From Vermamoeba vermiformis (Eukaryota): a DNA stretch of 64,000 nt. This document shows positions 24,232 through 37,965 of this stretch, piece by piece; the stretch's first letter is position 1; each line of letters opens with the position of its first letter. The position numbers and the translations under genes are program-made. The stretch is from NCBI GenBank assembly GCA_045837725.1, contig JBEWZL010000017.1, forward strand, positions 1 through 64,000, written 5' to 3'. The notes beneath the pieces were generated by a model, which worked only from the letters and a program-made list of their open reading frames with translations, was not told where the DNA came from and did not search any database.

Positions 24232-27200
24232 ATGAATCCTGATCTACCATCGTAGGCAAAATATGACGGACTGATTTTCAATAGCGACAAGACTCTGTCC
24301 AATTTCCGAAAAAAACTGTTTTTTGAATGGAATCCTGATATGAGCAAGCCAGAGGAGGCCGTTAAATTCGCCATCACGGAACAACATGCTGAGGTAGATT
24401 GGAACGAAGTATTTCAGTCTCTCGTTGAGCTCCACTGTGCAACGCCATTTGAATTCGACTGGCGCTCACGAGCACTCAACAAAGTAATCGACATGTTCAC
24501 TGAAGATGCACTCCCTGATGCAATGGCAATCATGAACGCAGAAATGAATGGATCGAACTATCCATTTCCAACAGTCCAACTCGGACAAGCTGGTAAAAAA
24601 TACGTTGTTAGAGTACCTATTATACCTATATTTAATAGAATCTCATCTTCAGGTGGAGTGAAGTTCGTGCACAAGAACAAGTTGTTCAAACTGATCGGAC
24701 GAAAAACAATCACTGAGATCTACGGCGGAAATAATGTTGCAGCAATGAAAGTACCTCAACGCGAGATATCATCGATCAACTACTTGCTGTCACTGAACAA
24801 GCCAGGTCTTCATCTTCCATTGACAGTGATTGTCAGCTACAGCTGCTTTGCTGTCGTCGTTTCCGCACTCATTCCAATTGTAAGGAACACCGAACAACGA
24901 TAGATTATTAACGGATTGTTGTTGAATAGGACAAAACAACGATCGTGTACGGCTCTAATGATGGTGGCTCAACAGTGCACGATGACAGTGAGCCATTTCG
25001 TCAAATGATGGAAGAGATTGGCACATTGTTGAACCTCAAGAAACACGAAATCAAGTCATCAGGCAAGTGGTTGTACACAGCTGGTGACGTTGGTAAGCAG
25101 TGGATTCACGTGGCGGTTAATAGTCTTGACTCATGTCAAACAAACAGAGGGTCACGTCGGTCGCGATCATCGAAACTACTTGATTGATGTTGGTACGTTA
25201 CACTGATAGTATTGAATATGACACTCATTGTGTACTAATTTACAAACAGCACGATTGAGCCCTTCGATGGTACCAATGTCTGACAGGTAAGACGGGTTCA
25301 TGAAGTAATGACGGAGAGCTGAACTAACAACACATTTTTGAACAGTCAAGAGTGGCTTTTCAAGCAATTTAAACATCAGTTTGTAGCTGTGTGGCCAGTT
25401 GCGCTATCTGCTGATGCCTTCTCGAAGTTCGTAAGTGAACTGATCTCTTGTCAAATGGATTCGTTAAGTTCTAAAATTGCTACAGGAAAATTTGAATTGC
25501 CAATCGATGGTAGAAGCCAGCCAGATCGAAATTGAACAAGCCACAAAGCATCTCATCAATGTCGTGGTGCCTCGACTTGCTACAGAACTTGACAACGACG
25601 AGACATTGTCAGATTTCAACGCAATCAAACGGAAGTTTGAACAGACTGGCGTCAATCTCCGCTTCATTAACATTGTGTTCAAGCACATTCAACACAACAA
25701 GAGAGTGAAGTATCATTTGCTTCTGAACATGGCCGCACGTGCACTCAAATCAGACATCTTGCATATTCTTCAAGCACATGACAAACAGAGCTACATGCGG
25801 CCATTGGTTGAAATAGAGAAGCTTATTAAGAACGAATACAAGTTGGACATTGACATTTGGCGTGAATTGTCTTCTCTAGCCAATGCCGACCTTTCAGTCA
25901 ACCAAGATCTAATTCGAACCGTCGCTAAACTTTCTGGTATCACTTTGGTAATCAATGAATCGAAGCAAGTATGCATTGAAGGTATACAACCAATAGTGCG
26001 CAAGATATCTCCACCAACGCCTCTCTCCATCGAGCAACTAGAAAACTTGGTCAAAGACTATGAACGAAACTATCCAACAGCACAAATTCTTATTGAAATC
26101 AAAGAGAGATTAGCTGACGCATACATTGCTGCAGGCAAGTTCGACAAGGCTTTAGAGGTGAATGAGCAGGTACTCAAGCATCAAAGAGTTAACCTCGGAG
26201 AGATGCATACACGAACACTGGCTACGTTACATCATATTGCATCCATCTATCATTCTCAAGGCAATTACGAGAAAGCAAGATATCAATACGAAGAGTTACT
26301 TGACGTCGTTGATAAGAATCTGAAGTCCAGCCATGTACACCGATTGGTAGTGATGTCCAATTTGGCTCTGATTTACTCGGACCAAGGACAATATGACTTG
26401 GCATTAAAAACCTACGAAGAGGCTATGAATTACTACACACAGAACCAAGTTCAGCATCCGATCATCCTGACAATTACGAACAATTTGGCGGTGGTTCACG
26501 ACAACCTTGGCCACTATGAAGAAGCGCTAAAGCTTCACGAAGAAACGTACAATAATCACCTGAATCTTTTCGGAGAAACACCTGGCTTGGTTTCGACTAT
26601 CAACAACATCGGATACATCTACAGCAAGCAAAAGAAGCTCGAGGAAGCCAAAAAATATTATGAAAATGCCTATGAGCTAAGTTGTAGGCTTCTTGGACCA
26701 AAGAATATTATTAGCTTGACAGGAAAGAACAATATTGCTACGATCTTCAACAAAATGGAGAACTATGCGGAGGCATTGAAGTACTACGAAGAAGTTCTAG
26801 AGGGTGAAACTCAATTTTATGGCTTTGACAATCCAACAACTTTGATCACCAGACACAATATTGCCAACGTTTTGAAAGAGTTAGGAGATCCCGACGAAGC
26901 ACTGAAAATTTATAAAAAGATTGTTGCAGTACGAAGACGCACACTTGGAGAAGATCATCCCGACACTATAATGACGAAGAACAATATTGCACTAGTATAT
27001 TACGATATGGAACGTGATGAGGAAGCACTTAAATGCAGCCTTGCGGTTCTAGAGTCTTGTAAACAAACGTTTGGTCTAGACAAAGCACATCCGATCACTG
27101 TTTCAACGATGGATAACATTGCCAATATTTACGCAAAGCTTGACGACGATGAAGAATCGCTGAAGTGGTTCTCGTTGGTGTTGAAGTTTGAACAAGAGTT

Positions 27201-27903
27201 GTACGGAGAATATAGCCCCGAAGCCCTTGTTACTATGAGTAAGATTGGATTGGCTCACGAGAACTTGGGAAACTACGACGAAGCACTAAGACACTACAAA
27301 GTAGTTTATGATCTCAAGAAAGAAAAACTTGGGCAGAACCACTACAGCACGATGATGGCTTGGCGCGATATTGCTGATATATACAGTTACCAGAGAAAGT
27401 TCGAGGAAGCACTAGCAATCTACGAGGCTGTCCTCAGCTCTGTAGAGAAACCGCTTGATGCAAGTCTTGAAGACATCGTCGCTTACACACTGATTCATCT
27501 TGAGCGTTATGCTGAAGCAGCAGAGAAGTTTAAAGAAGAAATTAAGCTGCGTGAAGAGCATTTAGGAGAGGATCACGCTGATACTCTTGACTCGATGACT
27601 GGTTTGGCCATTGCGTACCGAAAGCAACAACAATACGACGATGCAATAAGCGTTTTGAAAATTGTTCTGGCTCGTCAGAAACGATCAAAGGAAAGCGATA
27701 TGGAAGATATTATGGAAAACAAAAACCAACTAGCACTGACGTATTTCAAGAAAGGAAGCCTCAAAGAAGCGCTAAAATTATACAAGCAAGTGCTGAACTA
27801 CCGCCAAGCCTCTGGTGCGGAGCCTGCTGATATTCAAAAAACGAAAGAAAAAATTGAAGAGATCAAAGCAAAGCTCGACAAAGGCAAGACCGAGCAACAA
27901 TAA
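24232..27903 (+). CDS. CLU-domain protein with a long array of ~42-aa kinesin-light-chain-type TPR repeats
   Basis: CLU motifs DWNEVFQSL, PLTVIVSY, IVYGSNDGG.TVH, YTAGDVEGHVGRDHRNYLID, GVNLRFI; then a dozen or more repeats like LGEDHPDTIMTKNNIALVY..EEAL. Confidence 0.85.
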
Positions 27904-28333
27904 CGCATTCACTTCCACCTTTTAAGCAAACAGCGCTTGGCTACCTCGAGCACTGAAAGAAATCGGATCGCGCTCGCTAGGCGCAAAGCGAATAAATGAC
28001 TCTACCATAACTAATTGTCGTCCCTATTATCGTCGTTAAAGTCCAAAGAAAAAAACAGCTTGAAATCAAGGGGCATGAGCAATTTGTTGAAAGATAATGT
28101 ATCAGCACAGTCAAAAATATGACCCAATCTAGCGAATGGTTTGCTATAATCGCGCAGACATGCTCGATCTCGAGAAATGTTCTGCCTAATCAACAGATAT
28201 TTCGCTTTTGCGTGAAACTGATGTCACTAGAGACACCGTCCCAATGAAATTTCTCTTTACGTCCCTTTCCGCGGAGTTTCAAACATTGCTTTAAAAAGAT
28301 TATCTTCTGACCGTAATTGGTTGATTAATTGGT

Positions 28334-29714
28334 TTATTTCGCTGCAGGACAATTACAAGTGTTACCACTGTAATATTTGCACGAATAGAACTCCAAATAA
28401 TACCCCCGAATAGTCCATTCATATCCGCCACCCGACGCAACGGCCACGTACTGCGAGCATCCGTCTTTCAAGTACTTGACGGGCACAGTCACAGGAATGT
28501 TCCAATTGTGCTTCGTGAATACAACAGATTCTGGGAACGACACGCAATCCGTGCACGTGCGCGGATAATCAGGCAATGGTTTGAAGGTAACTTTGACTGG
28601 GCCAAGTGTTTGAACTGGAGCAGCGAGCAATGAGATCGTGAAATTTTGGGTTGTATCGGAATAGACCCAGCCTGAGTTTGAATTATTGATATCGTAACCT
28701 TCGACATTCGTTAGTTTTCGGACTTTCTACTCAACGGAAACTACTCAAAGTGTTAACTTACCAAGGTCGGCGTCACCACATTTGATAGGCCAGTCTTGTG
28801 GCAATGCAAAATCCTTATCATGGACGACAGGAACAAACGAATTATAGACACGGTCGACATATCTGATGCAGCAGTAAGTACGAAATCTTGTCAAAAAGTG
28901 ACACCTGTCAAACTTACCCGTAGAAAGGTTGACCTTTCCAATAGCTCACAGAAGCCTGAATGTCCTTCAATGGCACGGGATTGATGTCTAGCGAGTACAT
29001 AATGCTCGAACAAGGGATAATTCCAACGCCTATGCCCGTCATATCGCACGTCGTTTGCGAGTCCCATCTCTTTTTTTCCGTAAGTCATTGCCTTTGACGG
29101 GATAATAGACTTACGTTAGCCATAACACCGAGCTCACTAACATAATATTCGCCACTGTAGACCATATCGTTTGGCAGGCTCAACCAAGGTCCAACACTGT
29201 AAGTCTCCGTCTCGATAATGGATAGCCATGATGTAGGGAACGGCGTGTCGTAGGCCTCCATTCCTGCACTAGTTTGATAATAGCACTTATTAGGAGGGGG
29301 CTGGTAGATGTAATTTGACGCGCTGTTAATGGCCAGTAACGTGTAGTTTTGTGAGGCGGGCTGGGAAAAAGTTAGTGGATGGCACATCCACACAACACGG
29401 AAAAGAAGCAAAACCTACACTGCCAGGTTGGGCACCAGGTGGACTGTATATTAAATACCACTCTTCGGGGCCGTTGGGACCCACTCTATCTATTCGAGCG
29501 CGTTTGTTCGGCAGATCCAAATAAACGGTCTGGATGTCGCCTAAAAAAATGAGTTAATTACGCATTAATGTTTCATTCGAATTATTTTACCTGAAGCATT
29601 GAAAGTCGTTGTAAAAACGGAAGGAAATGGCGGCAGAGCGGGCGCTCGTCGCAAGCAGATCACCGCTGTCGCCGCGAAGACGAGGAATAAAACTATCGCT
29701 GACGAGGACTTCAT
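28334..29714 (-). CDS. Secreted/lysosomal-type protein: signal peptide, ependymin-like N-domain, C-terminal beta-sandwich
   Basis: MKSSSAIVLFLVFAATAVIC signal; PPFPSVFTTTF..VYLDLPNKRARID; C-terminal PESVVFTKHNWNIPVTV. Domain names are inferred from motif resemblance only. Confidence 0.55.
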
Positions 29715-29917
29715 CTTGCAGTTATAATGAACAAATGAGCCACGAGCCACTTAAAGGCCGACCAATCGAATGTTCGCACCCACGTGACGAATGTTCGAAA
29801 GTTCACACGTCACATGGAATGGCGAATGTTCGATGACACGTGTCAATTTGTGTCACGAAACAAATCGATTCCGACTTCGACGTTAACGGAGTACCTGAAC
29901 AATAGAGCTCTGTCGTG

Positions 29918-32900
29918 CTAATCCAAGTCCATGGGATCAGCAGCCAATAGACAATTTGCGTTCTTACTATGGTCCAACATGCATCTTCGACACATCTCGC
30001 TCTTGCAGAAATGACACGTGCTTATGCATTTTTGGCACAGTTTCAAGCCAGGCAATTCCGTTCCATTAGTGACTTCGTACTCGCACTGGGGACATTGGCC
30101 GAACATTCCCCAAATCTTGCGCCGGCAGCTGAAGCACATTTCTTCTGCCGTGTCTATCAAGCAAGCTGTGCCAGGTCGAATCTTATCATCTCGACAACAA
30201 TTCAGCTTGCACTTGCAACATCTTTGGCAAATATACTGGACGCCGTTTTGTGGGTAGTACGGCCCTAGCCAGATAAGGCCACAATGGTTGCATCTGAGAG
30301 AATAACCACTTTGGATTTCAACTGGCCTCAGCTTATCGTTGAATAGGCCACACTTGGCACAGCTGAGATGCTGCCATAAGAACAGTTGCTTGGGTGTAGA
30401 CTAATAACGACAGTTAGACCCTTCATTATTTTGTTTTTACTTACCGCTTGGCAAGCTAGCATAGCACAGTTTGAATTGTAAGGACCAATGCAAATCTACA
30501 AATATTTATTAAAAATTAATTATACGGTAGTATTCTGCCTTGATTACCTTGTCTAACTGCACTTTGGTAACTATTGAATTCCAAAAATATGTCTCTATGG
30601 TTCTTAGTTGCTTATTGACCATGCCGATATTGAGTATAGAAACAGTTCGAGAAAGGAGGGGGCATTCGGTGTCGCAAATTATCATTTCTAAAATGCGCAA
30701 CATGACTTCTTGTGGCATTCGAAGTAACAGCTCTGGCTCAACTTAATTAGCGATATGAAATTTCGTTTTAAACGAGGTAATAATACCTGGATAAGGGAAA
30801 CAGTTTTGGCAAAAGCGCGTGTCTCCAAAGAACGACGAGCATTTGTTGCAGGTGGCCTTTCTACAAATTTGACATCTTCTCGTGCAGCCACGACAGAATA
30901 GTGTTGTGCATGAATGACATTCTAAAGGCGTGCAATCTTTGCAGATGCGACGATCCATCCAAGGAGGGCAAGCACAGCGTAACTTGGCCAATTTGTGTGC
31001 ACAAGTCCGTTCTCCATCACAAACTGTCCAAACCGAACAATGGACGTCTGTTTCTATGCACTTCTGACAACTTTCGATTTTGCAATACTGACAGGGCATT
31101 ACACAACTTCGACAAAAGACGATTGGTTCACCGTCGTCACCAAGACACTCGCATGGTGTTAGTCGTGAGTATTCGTAGCATTCTAAGCACATATTTGTAT
31201 TGCGACATCCGCAGCATTGATATTTTGTTGGTTTGCCGCAATCATTGCAACCGAAATAATGATTAATATGAAGTTCTTTGAGCTACGTAAAAGTGTCAGT
31301 AAACGTTCAAAAAATAATTCAACGCATACCTTATGCTTATTCGATAGCTTTAGCTTTGACGAAAAGAACGGATTTGAATCTACAACTTTGCGCCAGAAAT
31401 GATTTTCTGCTCGTTTGAACTGCTTGTTCACTGAACCAAGTTGAAAAATCCATTTGACCGATTTGATAGTCTTCATACTCATCGAGGAGCACGTTGCCTG
31501 CATTATCAAGAGAATAATTTCGTCGGGCAGTTCAGAAATTAACCGTGGCCATGCGCCAATACAACAATAGCACATGTCATTGCAGCATCTTTGGCATATA
31601 TATTCAACTCCGTATTCGCTAAAGAAAGGGCCACGAGTATACTGGCATTTGTTGCATTCGAAGTACGAGCCAGATTTGATCTCGATTGGTCGTGATTTGA
31701 CGTCTAGCATGCCACAACCCGCACAACTGAAGTGATGCCATAAAAATAGTTGTTTAGGCTCCTTCTACGAAAAATATTAGTATCGCGCGACCACGATTAA
31801 AATAAGTTGTCATACCACCAGATCTAGGGGCATGTAATTCCGTTGGTTGATCGGAATAAATTGCACCTAAAAAAATTATTAATTAGCAAATATTTTCTTT
31901 ATCAAACTTTTTCGTACCTTATTCTCGATCTCTTTTGAAACTATGAATTTCCAAAAATAAGTCTCGGACATTTTAAGCAACTTGCTGACCATTGCCAAGT
32001 TAAGCACGGATATTACTCGGCCGAGCAAACTACGGTCTGTGTCGCAAATAATAAATTCAAAAATATGAAGCAGGATCTCGGACGGCAAGTACGGGATTTT
32101 GCCTACAAACGAAACGTTAGTTTGAATTACGCTGATAATTTTGATATTAATTACTTTGTGGCGGACACTTGCAACGGCAATTGCGGAAACATCCCTGGCA
32201 TAATGTCGATTCGCAACCTTTGCAACTTTTTTTACAAAACCAGCAAACTGGCTGGAAACATTCTTGGCAGCGTTCGAGTCTTTTAGGAAAGCAATCTGGG
32301 CACACAAGCGAACATCTGTTGCAGCTACAAATCACTTTGCTCAAAAGATTCGAACACCAATCATTACCGCAAACGTAACATAAGCGTCGATTTTCGCAGT
32401 AAATACTTTCCGAGCAACTTCGGCAATAAGTAAACAAATCGCCCGACGTATTTGTGCATCCACATTTGCTATTTCCTGAATATTCGTTGCATTTTTGACA
32501 TATACTAGTGTCACATTTATGACACGTGTCACTCGTTGGTTTGCGGCATTCAGTGCAACCAAAATAGTGATTCAAATGTAAGTCCCTCGGCTAACAAAAA
32601 GGACTGTTAGCAAATCTATAGCACTAATATTAAATTCATACCGAGAACTTGGTTGATTGTTTTAGCTTTGAGGTGAAGAAAGGATTTGAATCTACAAGGT
32701 AGCGCCAAAACTTCTGTTCGACTCGTTTGAACTGCTTGTTCACTGAACCGAGATTAAAAATTCGCAGCAAAGATTCCACCGTTTTAGCTCTTCTTGGGCA
32801 GCTAATGATCTTGAATATCTCGAGTACGATGTCATCAGGGAGTTCTGGAGGAATATGCGTCTTAAGATGAACTTCATAACATGATTCGCAAAGTATTTTT

Positions 32901-34639
32901 TTGCAGTCTTTGCACTCGATCTGACAATTGAAGCAGCTGTCATATGTCTCACAGTCGTCGCAAGGCCCATCTAACAGCGACCATTCTTCGTGACACTTTT
33001 GACATGTCGTCCGATGTTCGTTGGGCTCGTGATAAATGATCATGCAATTGACACATAGTTCTTCATTGCATAATCGACACGGGGACACGCACTTCTTGCA
33101 GAGCTTGTAGCCGTTGATCTCGTTGTAGTACTCGCAATGAGAACACTGTCCAAACATCTCTTCGTCGTTGTCTCCTTCAATCTCATCGTTGCACTGAATG
33201 CACTTGATTGTTTGTTTCGTTTTGACGATTTCTTCTTCGCTTGCCTCGTCAGAATTCCAACACTTGTGAGATTCTTTGTGGAAACATTTTTGGCAAAAGT
33301 GATCGTTGCACAAAATGCACTCGTAATCGCATTCTTTGCATAAATTGCGATTGCAGTGGTCGCAAAAGTACTCATCTTTGCATGACTTGCAATGAAACGC
33401 CTTAACTGTGCATCCACATTCAACGTGACTGCCACAGGCATGGTCTCTATGACACACCTGTGAGCGACATCCGCGGCATTCTAGCGTCAATCTCTTTTGC
33501 CCACAATGATCGCAACAAAAGCTTGAATAAAGAACGATCTGCTTGGGGTCATTCTAAAGTTTCGAATACTGCGTTAAAGTCTGTTGCATTAGTACTTGGA
33601 TCGCTATCACTTACGCGGTGTTTGTTTGGCATGTGCGCAAGGTGCAAATAAAAAGATTGTTTCGGCGACCGCTAAAAAAAATGTTAGTTACAATTATGAT
33701 ATGCAATAGTACCAATATGTTACCTCTGTTTGTAAGTTTAGCTTGAGCGTCTGTCGTACGTACTTGGACCAAAACTTGAGTTCCGCAGTGCGTAGAAAAG
33801 ACGCAGCCATGCCAAGGTTAAGTACGTCACGCATACTACTGAGACTCGTTTCTGTTGTCAAACCATGAACGTACTCGAAGACTAGTACAAGAATTTCCGT
33901 TGGCAAGCGGCGGATGCGATTTTCTGTTGTTGGTTAATGAATTGATATTAAACAATTGCGTCGCTGAACTTACCCTTTCGGAGCTCCTTTATTGTTTTAC
34001 GACTAGTTGCAACCTGAAAATAATTATAGTGGTCGAATTGAAAGAAATCGTGGGTTTTTACCTTTGACCAAGTATCGCCCGCGAGGGTGTGTCCTCCAAC
34101 AACATCGTGTTCGGCGCAGTGAAAACAAAATGTCTCCCAACATTGCACACATTCTGATGAGCACATTCTACACACTGGTGCGTGACACGCTGGACACCTT
34201 TTGACGCAGGAACGACAGCGCAGATCCGTAGTTTCGCCGCCAAGGCATTCGTGAGTGAAATCGGGAGCGCAAGACTCACAGATGTTATCGTTACATTTTA
34301 TGCACGAGAATTTGCTTTTTTCTCCGCAGTTGTGGCAGGCCAAGTAATGATAAATGTAGATGTGCTTTGGGTTATTCTTAGAAAATGTCAGAGAAGCCGT
34401 GAAGTCATAAAATAGGCAATAATTACCTTGATCCTCCTGGGAATTTTGATAGGACGTGCTTTTTTAAATACTTTCTTTTCGTTGACCAACGCGCGCCAAA
34501 ATTTGCGTTCGATCTGTCTCATCTGTCGACTGATGAGACCGAACTGCGAAATCGACCAAATTTTATTTATATGGTCACCGCTGATGGCGTATATTTTGCG
34601 ACAAACTAGCAGCAAAATGTCATCAGGCAGATCTTCCAT
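29918..34639 (-). CDS. Large modular protein (~1,350 aa estimated) with six F-box-like + Cys-rich units
   Basis: Manual splicing through ~13 short GT-AG introns gives one frame. F-box-like starts LPDDILL, LPTEILV, LPDDIVL, LPSEILL, LPDEIIL, MPQEVML, each followed by a CxxC array. Confidence 0.75.
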
Positions 34640-34899
34640 TGTCGTTTTCAGATAAAAATTCCTAAAAATGAGGAAATTATAATACAGTGATATAAAATAT
34701 TTTTATTGATATATTAGTTTATGATGTAATTTTTGGTTCAAAAAGTTGTTGGTAGATCCTAGTTGACTGCGCAGCACGTTAATAGGACATACCTTCGTTG
34801 AATACTATTAAAAATGAACGAACAATATCAGAAAAAATAACATGTTGTTGATTGTTTCCGTGAAACTTAGCAATGATTTTTTATTTTTTGTTTCGATTT

Positions 34900-37612
34900 T
34901 TACACCCTGTCAAGCGCCTCGACATTCAACAAGCTCAAGCCATTAGACATCATTTGTTCGGTGACAACACATAATCGAAGGCGTTGATCTTGCTCGGGTT
35001 GTCCCAGAATGCGGCAAGTCTCGTAAAAGTGATGGAAGGCTTGAGCCGTTTGGAACAAGTGCAACGATAAGAAGTGAGGCTGTAGAGTGTCTTCGATGCT
35101 TCTAATAATATCAGGGAACTGAATAAGCTTCATGACCAATGCTCTTTCTTCCTTAGTCAACTTCCACTCGGTCGTGGCGTTGGCCAGATCTGCTGCATCC
35201 ACGAGCTCCGGGATCTTGATATTGGCTTCTTGTGCTTTTCTTCGAATAGACCTAATACGAGTGTACGCATATACCAAGTACATTGACGTGTTGCCCTTAA
35301 AGCTCAACATTTCTTGGAACGAAAAGACGTAGTTGGACTTGCGCTCTTTGCTCAATTCGAAGTACTTGATAGCATTGTACGCAATAGCTTCGACGTTCGT
35401 TGAAAACTCCATTTCTAAATTTGGATCTGCCTGGTTAAGTCGCTCCGGCTCGTTGAATTTATCCGTAACTCCGGCATTGTATTTGTGTGAAGTGACTTGC
35501 TCCGTTCGATGAGATCTATAAAAAAAATTAGGACTATTCATATTGCGTTTGTAGTCTTACCTAACAAATACGGATTTAGCAGCATGCACGGCCTTCTTAG
35601 TCTCCTCGACGGCTTGTTCTAGCAAGCTTTTCAAAGTCATTGAATCTCCTTCACGAGAGCTGATCTTAGTGCCCTTAGCGCCTTGAACAACTCCGAATGG
35701 AACGTGCTCAATTCTATTTTTAGGTGTGATCCAACCAGCCTGGCGAGCAACCTGAAACAAATTGTTAACGACTACCAATGACCACTTTAATATGACGTAC
35801 CTCAAAAACAGCGTTGAAGTGTTGCGCTTGAGAGGCATCAGTGACATAGTAAAGTTCATCGAGCTTGAGTTCCATGAGTCGGTAGTAAAGTGCTGCCAAA
35901 TCGGTAGCAGGGTACAATGAAGAGCCATCAGGTTTCTGGAAGCAAGTTAGCCATAGAATAGTACTTCAATAGTATAAATAACGTACTCGAACAACAAGTG
36001 GATTCTTTTTGCCAGCCGCATCGCATGTCAATGCTCCATCGATTTCAGTCAACAATCCCTGGCAATCACGCATTAGTTTGTGCTTGCTACGAACACTACT
36101 CGAGGCGCTTACTTTGCTTTGCAACATTTCAAATACTTTAGGCAATAGTGGTGCGTATCTTGACTCTCCGAACTCCTCGACTGAAACTCCTAACTTTTCG
36201 TACAATTCGTTGAAAGCACGTCTGGCCACAAGTGTTAGCACGAAGCGTTTTATAAGCCGAATAAGCACTAACCTGCTAACTTCACAAAGAATTTCCCAGC
36301 CTCGTTTGACACGCCAATCACCGTCTGGCTTTTGGATCGCGTGCAAAAATTTTGTTGAATTTGTTATGAAGTCATCACTGTTGTTTTTCTTTGCCTAAAT
36401 TATAACCTATTAGCACTAGTGCCATAATAATTTAATCTATGTGGCTTACGGCAATATATAATTGATACAGTCTGTTGATCGATGGCCATTCGCTCTCAGG
36501 AATGTCTTGCCAATTGGCCGGCTTCTTCTCACTTTGGCTCATTAACTTAACAAACCACGACTCTTTTTCGTGCAAAGCAGAGGCTAGTACTTGGCCCATT
36601 GGTGTTCCAAAGTCACCCACGTGACTGATTTTCATTACCTAATTTGGAAAATGTACGTAAGAATTTGATATCTAAGAAGCTTATATACACTTACATCGTG
36701 ACCTTGATATGTAAATATACGCTGCAAACAGTCTCCAACCATAATCGATCGCAAATGACCTACGTGAAGTTCTTTACCCATATTAGGTGATGAGTAATCG
36801 ATCAGCATGCGTTTCTTTTCGCGTGTCGCCTTTCTATCTATAATTTGCTTTGTAACGATATTTTTAGCAAGCCATTCATCACTATTGCATAAGATTAGTG
36901 GCAAAAACGAAATAATAGAACAGCTGTAGGTACCTTAAATGGATGTTTAAAAATCCTTTGTTAGTTGTAACTTTGTTGATGACTTCCGTCGATTCAATAT
37001 TCTTCAAAATATTTTCGGCGACTTCGACTGGCGACAAGGAGAGCTAAAAAAAGTTGTAAGCGACAGATCTCGACTAATAAGCATTCGATCTACATTACAC
37101 GCGTATATGTAGTCCTAACATACCTCTTGTGCGAGCGGCAAGGCAATATGAGCAGCATAATCGCCATCGGCTTTAGTAGAAAGAACTTTGAATGAATTTA
37201 CGGATGCCGAGTTAGCCATTGCTGGATAAGCTTTCTTCGTTGCATTAATGATAAGTTGCGATACATATGTCGCTACAGAAGGTATATCATTGGCCTACAA
37301 TCGACGTGAGAAGCGATTTTTGGATCGGACAGCAGATCAGAGCGCCGACGTTGTATAAAATTGCCGTTGCCCTTAAAATACTTTACCTTGATTGCGTAAT
37401 AACGAACTGGACTCGAGATGCCTCTGTATTAATTTTAAATTATAATTAAATGGATCTGATTCTTTACTCGATAGCACTCGACTCTTGACTTACGTCTTGG
37501 CACCAAAAAATAGTGATTTTTTATTAGTGATGCTATGAGTATTTCTTTCGGCCTGCACGACCCTGTCATCATCATCAGTTGACTTTTGTTGGGCGATCTA
37601 CGTGAGCTCATC
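34900..37612 (-). CDS. Arginyl-tRNA synthetase, possibly organellar (5' end approximate)
   Basis: IDYSSPNMGKELHVGHLRS (HIGH), HVGDFGT, GESRY, KPDGSSLYPATDLAA, KISSREG, FKGNTSMYLVYAYTRIRSI. Confidence 0.92.
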
Positions 37613-37965
37613 GTTTTTACCTGTTGAATATTGACCTACTGAACCTCTGCATTGTAATATTGTAGATTGTAGATTTTAAAGGATCGTGTTGCTTAGTCGT
37701 CAAGATCAACAACGAACAGAAAATTGAAACCGATCCATAAAAAGTGCTCCTCGCACAAGTTGACGTCAACGATAGGCTTGATATGAATACACTACTTATT
37801 AAATTTATTTACATTCGATTACAGCCCTGTGCTCAACCGCACAGCAAAAATAATTTTCGTTGGATCTAATCGGATCGATAGATCTTATTTAGCATAACAC
37901 ATTATGGCCCAAAATTTTTAAATATACTTTGATATGTAGTAATGAATATACTCATACTATAGTCT

